Shown: positions 39,138 through 47,670, counted from the stretch's first letter. The stretch is 64,000 nucleotides of DNA from an uncultured Gemmatimonadaceae bacterium (GCA_963740355.1 CAVUDW010000003.1:864001-928000), one strand, 5' to 3'. Notes: generated by a model not told the origin, from the sequence alone. Made by a program: numbers and translations.

Positions 39138-39710
39138 ATGGCGCTCGCAACGATGCACGACCTGATGATTGCTGAATTGAAGGATCTCTACAGCGCCGAA
39201 ACGCAGTTGGTGAAGGCGCTGCCGAAGATGGCCAAGGGCGCCAACACGCCCAGCCTCCGCAAGGCCTTCGAGGATCATCTCGAGCAAACGCAGCAGCACG
39301 TGGCACGACTCGACGAAATCTTCGGCATTCTCGGCTCCAGCCCGCGTGGAACCAAGTGCAAGGGCATGGAGGGGTTGCTCGAGGAAGGCAGCGAGATGCT
39401 CGAGGAAGAGGGCGACGACACGGTGCGTGATGCCGGGATCATCGCAGCCGCACAACGCGTCGAGCACTACGAGATCGCGGCCTACGGGAGCACCCTCGCC
39501 TTCGCGACTCTGATGGGCCATTCCGAAATCGCCGAACTGCTCGAGCAGACGCTCGAGGAGGAGAAGGCGGCCGATGTACTCCTCAGCTCGATCGCCGAGG
39601 AGGAGGTGAACATCGCCGCACCTGGCATGGAGGCCGTCGATGATGACGCCGACGTTGACGAGTCTGACGTGAAGACGAAGGCTCGCGCGACGACGCGCAA
39701 GACGCGCTGA
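39138..39710 (+). CDS. yciF: Ferritin-like DUF892 stress protein
   Basis: GGAGG RBS; ELKDLYSAETQLVKALPKM, HLEQT, AAQRVEHYEIAAYG, TLEEEK. Confidence 0.9.
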   Translation: MALATMHDLMIAELKDLYSAETQLVKALPKMAKGANTPSLRKAFEDHLEQTQQHVARLDEIFGILGSSPRGTKCKGMEGLLEEGSEMLEEEGDDTVRDAGIIAAAQRVEHYEIAAYGSTLAFATLMGHSEIAELLEQTLEEEKAADVLLSSIAEEEVNIAAPGMEAVDDDADVDESDVKTKARATTRKTR

Positions 39711-39730
39711 TCACACTGCCCTCCAACCAC

Positions 39731-39764
39731 GCGTGGCGCCGGCTCAGATTGGCCGGCGCCACGC
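39731..39764 (+). terminator. Hairpin after yciF
   Basis: 13-bp perfect stem GCGTGGCGCCGGC/GCCGGCGCCACGC; no T-run. Confidence 0.5.
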
Positions 39765-40029
39765 GATGCGCCCGCGCGCCGTCGCGACACTCACATCGCA
39801 GCTGACAGGTTGCCGCTGACGTCGATTCCGCAATCGCTGAGGCGGAAACGCTACGTGGGGCAGTACCGGGTAATCCCGATGCTGCCCCACCATTGCGTGT
39901 CCGCGCAAGGATATATGAACATCAGCTTTCACGAGGAACTCGTTCGCTCCCCGGAGCGCGCCGGCGCTGCCACCTCGACATCACGTGCTACGACATTTCG
40001 TCAGGGCTCGGATTTCCGGACCCAAAACG

Positions 40030-40130
40030 AAAAAAGACATGAACCGTGGCCAGGAGCCGTGGTTCATGCCTTCGACTGACGAGGTCTGATCCTCGTCCGA
40101 CAAGGCGCCTCATACAGCGAGGCACATGTC
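40030..40130 (-). ncRNA. Putative structured ncRNA, copy D
   Basis: Hairpin GCCTC/GAGGC, CCTTGTCGGA, hairpin CGAGG/CCTCG, GTCAGTCGAAGGC, terminator GGCATGAACC/GGTTCATGTC plus T6CGT4. Confidence 0.6.
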
Positions 40131-40193
40131 CGTGCGGGACTGCAACTTCAGGTGCTTGTCGTCGTCCCGCGCTCTCGGTGAACGCCTGACGAC

Positions 40194-41036
40194 CTACAAC
40201 CCCTTCGCAAACCCCTCACGAAAAGAAGCATAGCGGGGGGACCAGCCTGACGCCAGTAGAGCTCGGTTAGAAACCCGCTGGTTGTTCCGGCTTCGCTGCT
40301 GGTCATTGGCAAAAACCAGCTGGTCCGGATTCCCACCAGCGGATGCCACCAACCAGCGTGACACGTCCGCGGCGAGCGCAGGGGAACCATCACTCACATT
40401 CAGCACCCGTGGCACGCCATCGGCCTTCAGCATATGCAACAGCGATGCCACGATGTCGGCCTGATGGGCGAGGTTGGTCCAATACTGACCGCGCTCAGGG
40501 AGCGTGGCGGCATCGCGCATGCGCCCGCGAGGATCACGCCCAGGGCCATAGATCCCTGCCACGCGCAGCACGGTCACCCCGCTCTGCCCTGACGAGAGGA
40601 GGATGTCTTCCGCAGCGATCAATGCCGCGTTGCCGCTCCCCTCACCGAGGCGCGGGCTCTCCTCAGTCACCCACGCACCGTCGCGCCCGCCGTATACTCC
40701 CGTACTCGACGTATAGAGGAGCGACTGCGCGCCAGTCGCTCGCGCCAATGCCAGCGCTCCCATCGCGGCCGGCGGGTACACATCGTCGTATGCGTCCGCA
40801 CCGCGTGATGGCGCCACCGTGAGCACCACCGCGTCCAGCGTCGACGGCAGGCCATCGACCTGCCCCGCCGCGATATCCCCGCGCAACCAGGTCACACCGC
40901 CAGTGTCCGTCGTTACGCCACTGCGGCGCACGGCCCAGACGGCGTGGCCGACGTCACGCGCAGCCGTGGCGAAGGCACGGCCCACATAGCCGGCGCCAAG
41001 CACCGCGATTCGAAGTTGCTGCACAGGTTCAGTCAT
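40194..41036 (-). CDS. NAD-dependent epimerase/dehydratase (YeeZ-like atypical SDR)
   Basis: VLGAGYVG, YTSSTGVYG, LRVAGIYGPGR. Confidence 0.85.
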   Translation of the reverse strand: MTEPVQQLRIAVLGAGYVGRAFATAARDVGHAVWAVRRSGVTTDTGGVTWLRGDIAAGQVDGLPSTLDAVVLTVAPSRGADAYDDVYPPAAMGALALARATGAQSLLYTSSTGVYGGRDGAWVTEESPRLGEGSGNAALIAAEDILLSSGQSGVTVLRVAGIYGPGRDPRGRMRDAATLPERGQYWTNLAHQADIVASLLHMLKADGVPRVLNVSDGSPALAADVSRWLVASAGGNPDQLVFANDQQRSRNNQRVSNRALLASGWSPRYASFREGFAKGL

Positions 41037-41070
41037 GGCACAAGGATACGCCGATTTACCTTCCTCGTGC

Positions 41071-43008
41071 ATGCTCACCCAACCGCCCTCGGGCCACCAA
41101 CGTGATCACGGAACGCGAGACGCATCCACCGAGCGGGATGTTCCGCGAGCGCGTGCACTGGCATTGAAGTACGGCTGGAATGCGATGGCGTATCAGGTCG
41201 TGAACGACGGCATGCAACACTGGTTTGCAGCCGACGGCGACGCGGTCATCGGCTACGTGCGCACACACGGCGTCTGCCTCGTGGCCGGCGCACCGATCTG
41301 CGATGCTGAGCGCCTGGCCGATGTTCTGGATGAATGGGAGCGATTTCTTTCCAGCATCGGCTGCAAGGCCTGCTACTTCGGCGCGGCGGGCCGCGTCTTC
41401 GATGCCCTGCACGATCGCGAGGGTTACTCGACCGTCGTGCTTGGCGCGCAGCCGGTCTGGCACCCCGCACGGTGGCCGCAGATTCTCGAGCGCAGCGCGT
41501 CCCTGCGCGGCCAGACACACCGTGCGCGCAACAAGGGAGTGACGGTCAGCGAATGGACACCCGAGCGTGCCTCGGCCGACGACCGCCTGCGTCTCTGCCT
41601 CGACCAGTGGCTCAGATCCCGCGGACTGCCCACACTCCATTTCCTCGTCGAACCGCACACGCTGCACGATCTCACCGGGCGACGGATCTTCGTCGCCGAG
41701 CGTGGGCGCGACGTCGTTGGATTCATCAACGCGTCACCCGTGCCCGCACGGCGTGGCTGGCTCGTGGAACAGTTCGTCCGCAGTGCGCGTGCACCCAACG
41801 GCACCATCGAGGCGCTGCTGGACACCATGATGCGCGCGGTGGCGGCTGATGGCGCCGAGTATGTGACGATGGGGCTCGTGCCGCTCCGGGAAGGCGGTGC
41901 CACGCCAATCAATGTGAATCCCGCCTGGCTGGTCGCGGTGCTCAAGCTCGTTCGCGTCCATGGACGCCGCTTCTACAACTTCGGAGGCCTTGAACGATTC
42001 AAGACAAAATTCCAGCCGGATGCATGGGAACCGATCTACGCCATCAGCGCTGAACCGGCATTTTCGATCCGGACGCTGTACGCGATAGCCGCCGCGTTCA
42101 CCGTGCAATCGCCACTGCTCGCAGCGGGTGGTGGCCTCGTTCGCGCCGTCGCCGTCGAGCTCGACCGACTACAACGCTCTCTCGGTCTCAAGCGCCGCAG
42201 AGCCTGCAGCGACGCGCCCATCGCGGCGTGGTCGTGTCCGGCCGATCAGCAGTTCCGTCAGCAATGCATCGACATCCAGCTGCGTGGGGATGTGGTGGGT
42301 TGCGGCAGATTCCTTCCATCGACCGACGCGCACACCAAGGCTGGCGCTGCCGTCGAGTACTCGAAACGCCGCTTCATCCGTGAGCTCGTCGCCGACGAAG
42401 AGCGCCCCGGGCAACTGGTGCTGCTCGATCAGGTGCTTGAGCGCATCACCTTTGTCAGGCGCACCCGATGGAATCAGGTTCACGAGCCCGATGCCTTGTA
42501 CCAGCGTCACCTTGTGTGGCAGCGTGGGCGCCAGCACTTCCATCGCAGCAATGGCCACGCCGGGGTCGGGAGCGTGCCAGTAGTGCACCGACACCGACTG
42601 CACCTTGTTCTCGATTTCGACACCATCGAGGCCGGCGACGACTTCCGTCAGGCGCGGCATCCAAGCCGCCACTTCACGCGCGGCACGCTTGGCGAATGGC
42701 GAAGGCTCGGCGCCGTGGTTGCCGATGACGGCCAGCAGGGGAATGCCCTCGAGCCGCGGCGAGACATCGTGCACCGAGCGACCGGTGATCACCGCCACCG
42801 GCGCCGCGTGCGCAAGGCTCCGCAAGAGCTCTGCGGTTTCGACGCGCATCCGGGTCGCCGCCGGATCGGTTCCCATCGGCGCCAGGGTGCCGTCGAAATC
42901 GAACCCCAGCAATGCACCGCTGGCGCCGAGGGCGCGAAGTCGTTCGATGTTGCGAGCAGCGAGAATGTTTCGGCTTGGCACTCAGGAGTGATTGCAGGAT
43001 TGATCTGA
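41071..43008 (+). CDS. DUF2156 / MprF-type aminoacyl-phosphatidylglycerol synthase domain protein; the ORF continues antisense through otsB
   Basis: VAGAPIC, RARNKGV, APNGTIE, TMGLVPL, FYNFGGLERFKTKFQPDAWEPIY. The domain ends around 42180. Confidence 0.75.
   Translation: MLTQPPSGHQRDHGTRDASTERDVPRARALALKYGWNAMAYQVVNDGMQHWFAADGDAVIGYVRTHGVCLVAGAPICDAERLADVLDEWERFLSSIGCKACYFGAAGRVFDALHDREGYSTVVLGAQPVWHPARWPQILERSASLRGQTHRARNKGVTVSEWTPERASADDRLRLCLDQWLRSRGLPTLHFLVEPHTLHDLTGRRIFVAERGRDVVGFINASPVPARRGWLVEQFVRSARAPNGTIEALLDTMMRAVAADGAEYVTMGLVPLREGGATPINVNPAWLVAVLKLVRVHGRRFYNFGGLERFKTKFQPDAWEPIYAISAEPAFSIRTLYAIAAAFTVQSPLLAAGGGLVRAVAVELDRLQRSLGLKRRRACSDAPIAAWSCPADQQFRQQCIDIQLRGDVVGCGRFLPSTDAHTKAGAAVEYSKRRFIRELVADEERPGQLVLLDQVLERITFVRRTRWNQVHEPDALYQRHLVWQRGRQHFHRSNGHAGVGSVPVVHRHRLHLVLDFDTIEAGDDFRQARHPSRHFTRGTLGEWRRLGAVVADDGQQGNALEPRRDIVHRATGDHRHRRRVRKAPQELCGFDAHPGRRRIGSHRRQGAVEIEPQQCTAGAEGAKSFDVASSENVSAWHSGVIAGLI
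42169..42981 (-). CDS. otsB: Trehalose-6-phosphate phosphatase
   Basis: HAD motifs FDFDGTLAP, ITGRS, GNHGAE, DKG, FVGDELTDE. Confidence 0.9.
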   Translation of the reverse strand: MPSRNILAARNIERLRALGASGALLGFDFDGTLAPMGTDPAATRMRVETAELLRSLAHAAPVAVITGRSVHDVSPRLEGIPLLAVIGNHGAEPSPFAKRAAREVAAWMPRLTEVVAGLDGVEIENKVQSVSVHYWHAPDPGVAIAAMEVLAPTLPHKVTLVQGIGLVNLIPSGAPDKGDALKHLIEQHQLPGALFVGDELTDEAAFRVLDGSASLGVRVGRWKESAATHHIPTQLDVDALLTELLIGRTRPRRDGRVAAGSAALETERAL

Positions 43009-43009
43009 C

Positions 43010-45298
43010 TCAGGCGCCAGTACTGACCGGCAGCGCAAGTCCGGAAAGATTCAGCGTTCGACGAGCGCGAACCCGCAACTGTGCAGCATCGAGCAACATG
43101 CGCCCCGCCCATCGGTACACGTTGTGCTCGGCCACCACCGCCCGCATCGCCCGCATGCGTTCCGCCTGCTCCGCCGGCGGCATCAGTGCAGCGCGTTCCA
43201 TCGCGCAGCTCGCCTCTTCTACATCGTACGGATTCACGATCAGGGCATCCGCCAACTCGTTCGCGGCGCCGGCAAACTTGCTCAGGACCAATACCCCGCG
43301 TTCGTCGTCACGGGCCGCCACGAATTCCTTTGCCACCAGGTTCATGCCATCGTGCAGGCTACTGACATAACACATATCGGCAGCACGGTAGAATCGGAAG
43401 ACGCGCTCCGGCTCGTGATGGGCTCGCAGGAAGACCACCGGCTTGTACGTCGCCGTCCCGAAGCGGGCATTGATTCGTTCCACGCTCGATTCCACCGCGA
43501 AGCGCAGCTGCTGGTACTGCGGAATCTCCGAACGGCTCGGCGCGGCCAACTGCGCGAACACGAATCGCCCCACCAGCGATGGGCGACGTTCCAGCAGGCG
43601 CTCCACCGCGTCGATCCGCTCCTCGATGCCCTTGGTGTAGTCGAGCCGATCGACACCGACCGCCAGTACGGTGTCCTCAGGCAGCCCAAGCTCCTCGAAC
43701 ACCAAACGGCGGCACTCGACCGCATCGGGAATCGATTCCGTCCAGCGCACCGGCCACTCCACGGAGATGGGATATGGGCGCACCAGTGTGCGAGCGCCCT
43801 GTCGAATGACGGCATTGTCGGCACGATCGATCCGCGCCTCGAGCGAGGTGTCGACCGTCTCGAGGAAATGGTTGCAGTGCGATTGGGTGTGAAAGCCCAC
43901 GATGCTCGACCCTAGCAGCCCGTCAACCAGCTCTTCCCGCCAGGGACAGATGCTGAATCGCTCCGCGTTGGGCCACGGGATGTGCCAGAAGGTGATGATC
44001 GTGGCGCGCGGCAGTCGCTCACGAATCATCCGTGGCGCGAGGGCGAAGTGATAGTCCTGCACCAGCACGATCGGATCGTCTTCGGTCGTCTCCTGAACGA
44101 CGGCATCCGCAAACCGTGAGTTGATGGTCTTGTAGTGCTCCCAGTCGCCGCTGCGGAAGATGGGACGCGCATACGTCTGGTGACAGACCGGCCAGAGCCC
44201 TTCGTTGGCGAAGCCGTAGTAGTAGCCCTGTTCTTCCTGCTCCGACATCCAGACGCGGCGCAGGCGGTACGACTCTTCACCAGGCGGCACCATCAAGCGC
44301 CCCTTCGCGTCCGCAGAGGCGCGGTCGGCCGATCCGCTGCCGTGCGCGATCCAGACACCCGAACAGGCACGCATCACCGGCTCCAGCGCGGTTACCAGAC
44401 CGGACGCGGGGTGCCGAACGACCACACCATCCGGTGTGCTGTCGTGAATGTAGGGTTCGCGATTGGCGACGATCACGAGGCTTTCCTCACGCACGTGCTC
44501 CTGCAACACCTTGCGCAACCGCGCCCGCGTCCAGCGACCGTCGCGGTCTTCCTCGACGGCGGCAGCGGCACGCCGCTGCGCCATCGCGCGGATATCGTCC
44601 AGCACCGGCGATTCACCGTCTCGCCACCACTGCCCCTCGCCCCGCAATGCACCCGTCAGGCGTCGCATCAGGCCGCCCCGAGTGAGGCGCGATGAGAGCA
44701 AGGTCAGGAGTGACGACGCGACCGCCAGCATGCCAAAGACCAGCATCGCCCAGCGCTGTACCAGCGTCTCGCGCGCCAGCGCCGGCTCCAGCGTCTGCAA
44801 CAGGACCAGGCGCACCGGGAGCGTCAGGCCCGAGGCGAACGTCGTGATGCTCACGTGCGACGGTGCCGCCTCGGCCGCAGACTTCACGACACCGCTCAGC
44901 GTCCCGGTCTTCTCGCCGCGCCACTTCACCACCTGCACACGTGCGCGATCACACCACTCACCATCGACGGGAAAGGTCGGCGTGCGGGTGATGATCACGC
45001 CATCGGTTCGGCAGAGCGCCGCCGACATCACCTCATCGTTATGGACGATGTCACCGAGCAGCATCGTCAGCCGGCGCTCATCGCCAGCCGCGTAGGCGGA
45101 GAGCACACCTTGCCGCACACTACTCGCGGCCAGTACCGCACGAGAGTGCAGTTCAGATTCGAACCAGGCACGCGTGGTGCGTGTCGTGACCACGCCCACC
45201 GCAACGACCACCAACGCGATCGCCGCCAGCAACGGCAACAACAGTCGCAATGACTCGCGAAATGGGCCGTGCGTCGTTCGTCGATCAGGAACTGGCAT
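43010..45298 (-). CDS. otsA: Trehalose-6-phosphate synthase (GT20) with an N-terminal TM-extracytoplasmic-TM extension
   Basis: VANREP, SGLVTAL, YYYGFANEGLWP, QDYH, FWHIPWP, GVDRLDYTKGI, DGMNLVAKEF. Confidence 0.9.
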   Translation of the reverse strand: MPVPDRRTTHGPFRESLRLLLPLLAAIALVVVAVGVVTTRTTRAWFESELHSRAVLAASSVRQGVLSAYAAGDERRLTMLLGDIVHNDEVMSAALCRTDGVIITRTPTFPVDGEWCDRARVQVVKWRGEKTGTLSGVVKSAAEAAPSHVSITTFASGLTLPVRLVLLQTLEPALARETLVQRWAMLVFGMLAVASSLLTLLSSRLTRGGLMRRLTGALRGEGQWWRDGESPVLDDIRAMAQRRAAAAVEEDRDGRWTRARLRKVLQEHVREESLVIVANREPYIHDSTPDGVVVRHPASGLVTALEPVMRACSGVWIAHGSGSADRASADAKGRLMVPPGEESYRLRRVWMSEQEEQGYYYGFANEGLWPVCHQTYARPIFRSGDWEHYKTINSRFADAVVQETTEDDPIVLVQDYHFALAPRMIRERLPRATIITFWHIPWPNAERFSICPWREELVDGLLGSSIVGFHTQSHCNHFLETVDTSLEARIDRADNAVIRQGARTLVRPYPISVEWPVRWTESIPDAVECRRLVFEELGLPEDTVLAVGVDRLDYTKGIEERIDAVERLLERRPSLVGRFVFAQLAAPSRSEIPQYQQLRFAVESSVERINARFGTATYKPVVFLRAHHEPERVFRFYRAADMCYVSSLHDGMNLVAKEFVAARDDERGVLVLSKFAGAANELADALIVNPYDVEEASCAMERAALMPPAEQAERMRAMRAVVAEHNVYRWAGRMLLDAAQLRVRARRTLNLSGLALPVSTGA

Positions 45299-45416
45299 TC
45301 GGGCTTCTCCGGTACGAGCGAAGTGCTGCTGCGTCTCGCGGCTCGGCGTCGTGACATGTCAGGTCGACAGGAACATGACCTCGCAACACGTGGCGCAGCT
45401 CGTCGTTGAGCACGCA

Positions 45417-45432
45417 AGCAACCCCAACGCCA
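45417..45432 (-). promoter_or_regulatory. Putative sigma-54 promoter TGGCGTTGGGGTTGCT
   Basis: Exact GG-N10-GC with TTGCT, about 120 bp upstream of otsA. Confidence 0.6.
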
Positions 45433-45580
45433 TCCCTCATGGGTCCGTACGGACCCTGCCATCATGGCCGCTGATCAGCCGATCAGTCAGGCAACATCTC
45501 ACGCCGCTGATGTGTTAGCATCCGGGCAGCGATTCACGGCCCGACATCACTCTTTCAGGCGCGACATCAGAGCACTCGAC

Positions 45581-46528
45581 ATGGAACTTCTCGGCATTCA
45601 TCACCTCACCGCGGTGTCGTCGCAGATCCGCGAGAATCACCTGTTCTACACCAGGACACTTGGCATGCGCCTTGTGAAACGCTCGGTGAACCAGGATGAT
45701 GTGAGCGCCTACCACTTGTTCTATGCCGATGCCAAGGGCTCACCCGGCAGCGACATCACCTTCTTCGACTGGAGTGTGCCGCGGGAGCGGCGCGGTACTC
45801 GTTCCATCACACGCACTGCCCTCCGCGTCGCCGGTGCCAGCACGCTCGAGTGGTGGTCGACGTATTTCGCCGAACAGGGTGTGAAAGCGGCCCCGATCGT
45901 GGAACGCGACGGTCGCCTGCTGCTCGATTTCGAGGATCCTGAAGGCCAGCGATTGACCTTGATCGACGATGGTGGCGTCGGTCCGGCATTCCCGTGGGAC
46001 CGAAGCACAGTGCCCGCTGCACAGCAGGTGCGAGGCCTTGGGCCCATCACCATCAGCGTCCCAGTACTCGGCCCCACCGATGCGCTCTTGCAGCGCGCGT
46101 TGCTGATGCGCCAGGTGCGCGAATACCCGCACCCTGACAACGAACGCCACACCGTGCATGTGTACGCCATGGGCGACGGCGGTCCATCGGCCGAACTGCA
46201 CGTCGCGGTGCAACCCGACATCGCCCCCGCTGCACCAGGTGCCGGCGGCGTGCATCACGTCGCCTTCCGCATCGCCGATGACAGCTACGAATCCTGGTCC
46301 GAGCGGCTCAACACGATCGGCATCCCGAACAGTGGCCAGGTTGATCGCTACTGGTTCAAGTCGCTCTACCTGCGCGAACCCAACGGCGTGCTCTTCGAGC
46401 TCGCCACCGACGGCCCCGGCTTCGGCGTCGACGAAGACGAGGCCACACTCGGCGAAAAAGTCGTCCTCGCCCCCTTCCTCGAACCACGCCGCGCCTCGAT
46501 CCTCGCCAACCTCAAACCCATCGACTGA
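45581..46528 (+). CDS. VOC/glyoxalase family ring-cleaving dioxygenase (MhqA/MhqO-like)
   Basis: GIHHLTA, VKRSVNQDD..AYHLFY, GGVHHVAFR, DRYWFKSLYLREPNGVLFELATDGPGF. Confidence 0.9.
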   Translation: MELLGIHHLTAVSSQIRENHLFYTRTLGMRLVKRSVNQDDVSAYHLFYADAKGSPGSDITFFDWSVPRERRGTRSITRTALRVAGASTLEWWSTYFAEQGVKAAPIVERDGRLLLDFEDPEGQRLTLIDDGGVGPAFPWDRSTVPAAQQVRGLGPITISVPVLGPTDALLQRALLMRQVREYPHPDNERHTVHVYAMGDGGPSAELHVAVQPDIAPAAPGAGGVHHVAFRIADDSYESWSERLNTIGIPNSGQVDRYWFKSLYLREPNGVLFELATDGPGFGVDEDEATLGEKVVLAPFLEPRRASILANLKPID

Positions 46529-46706
46529 AATCCGGTGACAGTGCACTCATTCCCTGAAATCCGGTGACAGTGCACTGATTCCGCGATTCCCGGGCTATCT
46601 CCGGTGACAGTGCACTGTTTGCTGGGAGCCGGAAATCCGGTGACAGTGCACTGATTGGAAATCCGGTGACAGTGCACGGATTGCAGGAATCCGATGACAC
46701 TGCACT
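46527..46706 (+). repeat. Array of six ~21-bp direct repeats GAAATCCGGTGACAGTGCACT
   Basis: Copies start at 46527, 46556, 46596, 46632, 46658 and 46686; gaps are 8, 19, 15, 5 and 7 bp. Confidence 0.95.
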
Positions 46707-46743
46707 GATCGGTCGCCTCGATCCCCTTCTCGTCAGTGCGCCG

Positions 46744-47670
46744 CTACCGCGACGTTGCACTCACATCCGCACTCGACTGCCACGCACTCCACCACAGGTC
46801 GCGCAGCATCGTGGCGCCGGCCGCCAGTCGTGCCACTGCGAACTCCTTGTTCGCCGGCGTACTGTTCGACGCATCGAATGGGGCGGCCTTGTCGAGCTGG
46901 TACATGCGTTCGACCTGCGCGTGCGTCTGCAGGAAGTATTCGACGATCGCCGGTCGCAATGACGAGAAGAACTGCGGCTCCGCCGTGATGCGCACTGAGA
47001 TGTCGGAGAGCTTCACGTTCGCCTGGACGAAAGCCGACTCGAAGCGTCCATGAAAGCGATTGTCGCTCGCATAGCCATTCGGATTGGCGCCCGCCCAGCC
47101 GTTGAAGTGAATCGAGGTATGCGCCGGATTCGAACCGTCGGCGACGTAGTGTCCGAGGATCCCGGCGTCATTGATGATGCGCGACTCGATCCAGCCACGG
47201 ACCTGCGCATTCGGCGCCGCACGCCATTGGCGGAAATCGATGCGCAGCCGCTGCGTCAGCTCGAGGATGCGAAACGGCAAGGCACCTGCGCTTGACGGAT
47301 CGACGTTGTGTGCGCGGAGTGTATCGGCGAACGCAAAACGATCCCTCGCCGCCATGGCGCCCGCTCGGCTCGTGACCGGGATGCGCTCATAGTTGAGATA
47401 GTGGTCAGGCGCCGTCGCACCGTCGAGCGCACTGTCGAGCGCACGCTCGGCGCCCGTACGCCAGCGATCAGGCTCGGGATTGAGATACGCGAGCTGCGGT
47501 GCCGCATCGCGAAAAAACTGCGGCATCTCGAGCGGGAGGGCGGCGGCGGCAGCCTGTGCGGTGAGGCGATGCCCTGCCTCTCCCCACATGCGTCCATCAT
47601 GCCGAAAATACGAGCCGCTCGCAGCGATCGCGATCACGGCCACCAGGGAAGTCTGTCGATCGAAGTTCAT
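46744..47670 (-). CDS. S1/P1 nuclease / phospholipase C-like zinc hydrolase, probably secreted
   Basis: WGEAGH, PDRWR, DHY, GHYVADGSNPAH, FHGRFE zinc-ligand pattern. Confidence 0.8.
   Translation of the reverse strand: MNFDRQTSLVAVIAIAASGSYFRHDGRMWGEAGHRLTAQAAAAALPLEMPQFFRDAAPQLAYLNPEPDRWRTGAERALDSALDGATAPDHYLNYERIPVTSRAGAMAARDRFAFADTLRAHNVDPSSAGALPFRILELTQRLRIDFRQWRAAPNAQVRGWIESRIINDAGILGHYVADGSNPAHTSIHFNGWAGANPNGYASDNRFHGRFESAFVQANVKLSDISVRITAEPQFFSSLRPAIVEYFLQTHAQVERMYQLDKAAPFDASNSTPANKEFAVARLAAGATMLRDLWWSAWQSSADVSATSR

Noticed and set aside
40141..40157. Sigma-54 promoter for ncRNA copy D as a stand-alone feature
   Set aside because: AAGCACCTGAAGTTGCA lacks GG and is one base too long; counted only as weak support. 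Copy D may instead be transcribed from the upstream epimerase gene.
46527..46706. CRISPR array
   Set aside because: Spacers are 5-19 bp, uneven and partly repeat-derived, and there are no cas genes in the window.
46366..46760. Repetitive ORFs (MHCHRIS.../CTVTGF...)
   Set aside because: They are translations of the DNA repeat array and are antisense to the glyoxalase gene.
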